Below, in pieces: positions 61,860 through 64,000 of a stretch of 64,000 bases of DNA. Made by a program: the position numbers and the translations under genes. Location: NCBI GenBank assembly GCA_018646625.1, contig JABGUJ010000001.1, positions 69,534 to 133,533 on the forward strand, given 5' to 3'. The stretch comes from Candidatus Woesearchaeota archaeon. GTDB lineage: Archaea > Nanobdellota > Nanobdellia > Woesearchaeales > JABGUJ01. Numbering within the stretch: position 1 is the stretch's first letter; the number at the start of each line of letters is the position of its first letter. The notes beneath the pieces are model-generated. The model searched no databases. It saw only the letters and a list, made by a program, of their open reading frames with translations, and was not told the DNA's origin.

Positions 61860-64000
61860 ATGTTACCTGACAAAGAAATAAAGGCAAAATACAAGCCAAA
61901 ATTCTGGGCTGAACCCGATAAATATTATGCAACAGGCACTTTGAAAGAAGAAGGCTATGCAAGAAGTATCTGCAAATGTTGCAAGAAACCATTCTGGAGC
62001 ATGAACCCTGACAGAGATATCTGCGGCGACCCTTCTTGCGATCAAGAGATAGGGTTTGGATTTATAGGTAACACACCAGCAAAAAAGAAATTATCATACA
62101 TAGAAATCTGGCAAGAGTTTGCAAAAATGTTCAAGAACTCTGGCTACACACCAATAGAACGTTACCCCGTTGTTGCGAGATGGAACCCAACAATGGAATA
62201 TACTAATGCAAGTATTGCTGCATTTCAACCATTTGTTATCAGCGGAGAAGTTAAACCTCCAGCAAACCCTTTAGTCATCCCTCAATTTTGCATGAGATTT
62301 GGGGATATTGACAATGTCGGAATAACACAATCTCACAATACTGGCTTTGTAATGATTGGACAACACATGTTCGTCCCACCAGAAGACTGGAATCAAAACG
62401 AAGTATTCAAACACATCCACACATGGAACACAAAAGGATTAGGTCTACCTAACGAAGAAATAACATACCACGAAGACGCATGGGCTGGGGGAGGTAACCT
62501 CGGATGCTGTATGGAATTTTTCTCAAGAGGTTGCGAGTTAGGAAATCAAGTTTACATGTTATATGAACAAACACCTTCAGGAGTTAAAGATCTTAATCTA
62601 AAAGTTCTCGACATGGGAATGGGTATGGAAAGAAATGCTTGGTTTTCTCAAGGCTGCGCAACAATCTATGACGCAACTTTCCCAGATGTAATGAAAAAGA
62701 TGCTTAGTGCAACAGGCTATAAAGTTGATGAAGAATTAATGAAGAAATATACGCCAAATGCGGGACTGCTAAACATTGATGAAGTCGATGACATCAACAA
62801 AGCATGGAATACAGTTTCACAGAAAGTAGGCATAGAAACTAAAGAATTAAAGAAATTAATTTTACCATTATCTGGAGTATATTCCGTTGCAGAACATACG
62901 AGAGCACTCCTATTCGCACTAAATGATGGCGCCCTACCCTCCAACACAGGAGGCGGATACAACCTCAGAATACTCCTAAGAAGAGCACTAGGATTTATTG
63001 ACAAATATGGCTGGAATGTCGACTTACCAACTGTAGCTAAGTGGCACGCAGATTATCTTAAACCAATATTTCCTGAGTTAAGCAAAAATTTAGATAATGT
63101 TAACAAAATTCTCGATGTAGAAAAAGAAAAGTATGAGAACACTAAACAGAAATCAAGACACGTCGTTGCAAAAATAATTAAAGAAGATATTAACGAAGCA
63201 AAACTTGTAGAACTATACGACAGTCAAGGTATTGCGCCAGAACTTATTGCTGAAGAAGCAGAAAAACTGGGTAAGGAAGTTAACGTTCCTGAAGATTTCT
63301 ACATGAAAGTTGCAGAAAGACACGAAAAAGTTTCTCAAGTTCATGCTACAAAGAAAGAGACAGAATTAGAAATAAAAGAAATACCCGGAACTAAAGCCAA
63401 GTACTTCAATGACTATACACATACAGAATTCATGGCAAAAGTTCTAAGGATAATTGACAACAACATGATAATTCTTGATGAAACGCTTTTTTATCCAACC
63501 TCTGGTGGACAAATAACCGATCTTGGAACAATAAACAGCTCAAAAGTTGTAGATGTATTCAAACAAGGAGAATTCATTGTACACAAACTAGAATCTAAAG
63601 CAGACTTTAACGAAGGGGATGTTATCGAAGGTAAAGTTGACAAAGAACGAAGAAAACAACTAACTCAACATCATACCGCCACCCATGTTATCAACGCAGC
63701 CGCTAGAAAGATTCTTGGCCCTCATATTAATCAAGCAGGTGCAAAGAAAACTACAGAAAAAGCACACCTAGACATAACTCATTATTCTACTTTAACAGAA
63801 AAAGAACTTGAAGACATCGAAACAGAATCTAATAGAATCGTTCAAGAAGATGTTCCTGTTCACAAAATGTTCTTGCCAAGAGATGAAGCGGAACGAAAAT
63901 ACGGATTAGAAATATACCAAGGCGGAGCCGTTCCCGGTCAAGAAATAAGAATTGTTGAGATTCCAGAGATCGACGTTGAAGCATGCGGTGGAACGCACCT
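61860..64000 (+). CDS. alaS: Alanine--tRNA ligase, archaeal type (partial, runs off the window)
   Basis: ATG 61860; CKCCKKPFWS, RYPVVARW, ASIAAFQP, WAGGGN, DMGMGMER, QHHTATH, ACGGTH. Confidence 0.95.
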   Translation, partial: MLPDKEIKAKYKPKFWAEPDKYYATGTLKEEGYARSICKCCKKPFWSMNPDRDICGDPSCDQEIGFGFIGNTPAKKKLSYIEIWQEFAKMFKNSGYTPIERYPVVARWNPTMEYTNASIAAFQPFVISGEVKPPANPLVIPQFCMRFGDIDNVGITQSHNTGFVMIGQHMFVPPEDWNQNEVFKHIHTWNTKGLGLPNEEITYHEDAWAGGGNLGCCMEFFSRGCELGNQVYMLYEQTPSGVKDLNLKVLDMGMGMERNAWFSQGCATIYDATFPDVMKKMLSATGYKVDEELMKKYTPNAGLLNIDEVDDINKAWNTVSQKVGIETKELKKLILPLSGVYSVAEHTRALLFALNDGALPSNTGGGYNLRILLRRALGFIDKYGWNVDLPTVAKWHADYLKPIFPELSKNLDNVNKILDVEKEKYENTKQKSRHVVAKIIKEDINEAKLVELYDSQGIAPELIAEEAEKLGKEVNVPEDFYMKVAERHEKVSQVHATKKETELEIKEIPGTKAKYFNDYTHTEFMAKVLRIIDNNMIILDETLFYPTSGGQITDLGTINSSKVVDVFKQGEFIVHKLESKADFNEGDVIEGKVDKERRKQLTQHHTATHVINAAARKILGPHINQAGAKKTTEKAHLDITHYSTLTEKELEDIETESNRIVQEDVPVHKMFLPRDEAERKYGLEIYQGGAVPGQEIRIVEIPEIDVEACGGTH

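Overview
Gene-dense, low-GC archaeal chromosome segment, most consistent with a DPANN (Woesearchaeota-like) organism. This is an inference from archaeal aIF5B, AlaRS, GlyRS, XPD, translin, TrmB, DUF371 and PUA proteins, BRE/TATA promoters and GGTG/GGAGG RBSs. Housekeeping genes (aspS, tgt, glyS, infB, partial alaS, SSB, tRNA-Phe) are mixed with surface proteins and signalling genes. The main loci worth follow-up are: (i) an adjacent RelA/SpoT-type HD hydrolase and divergent synthetase-like pair (37.0-40.0 kb); (ii) a membrane machine with three paralogous membrane proteins, a HerA/VirB4-like ATPase, a type IV pilus ATPase, a TadC-like platform and a CoiA-like zinc finger (16-26 kb); (iii) an operon with five receiver proteins and one histidine kinase; (iv) a receiver-like domain fused to an LDH/MDH-fold domain; (v) a transmembrane APH-like kinase with an SLT-like outer domain; (vi) several palindromic operators and structured intergenic RNA candidates. 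No CRISPR array, rRNA or transposase was seen. All protein calls come from motif recognition by eye, without database searches.
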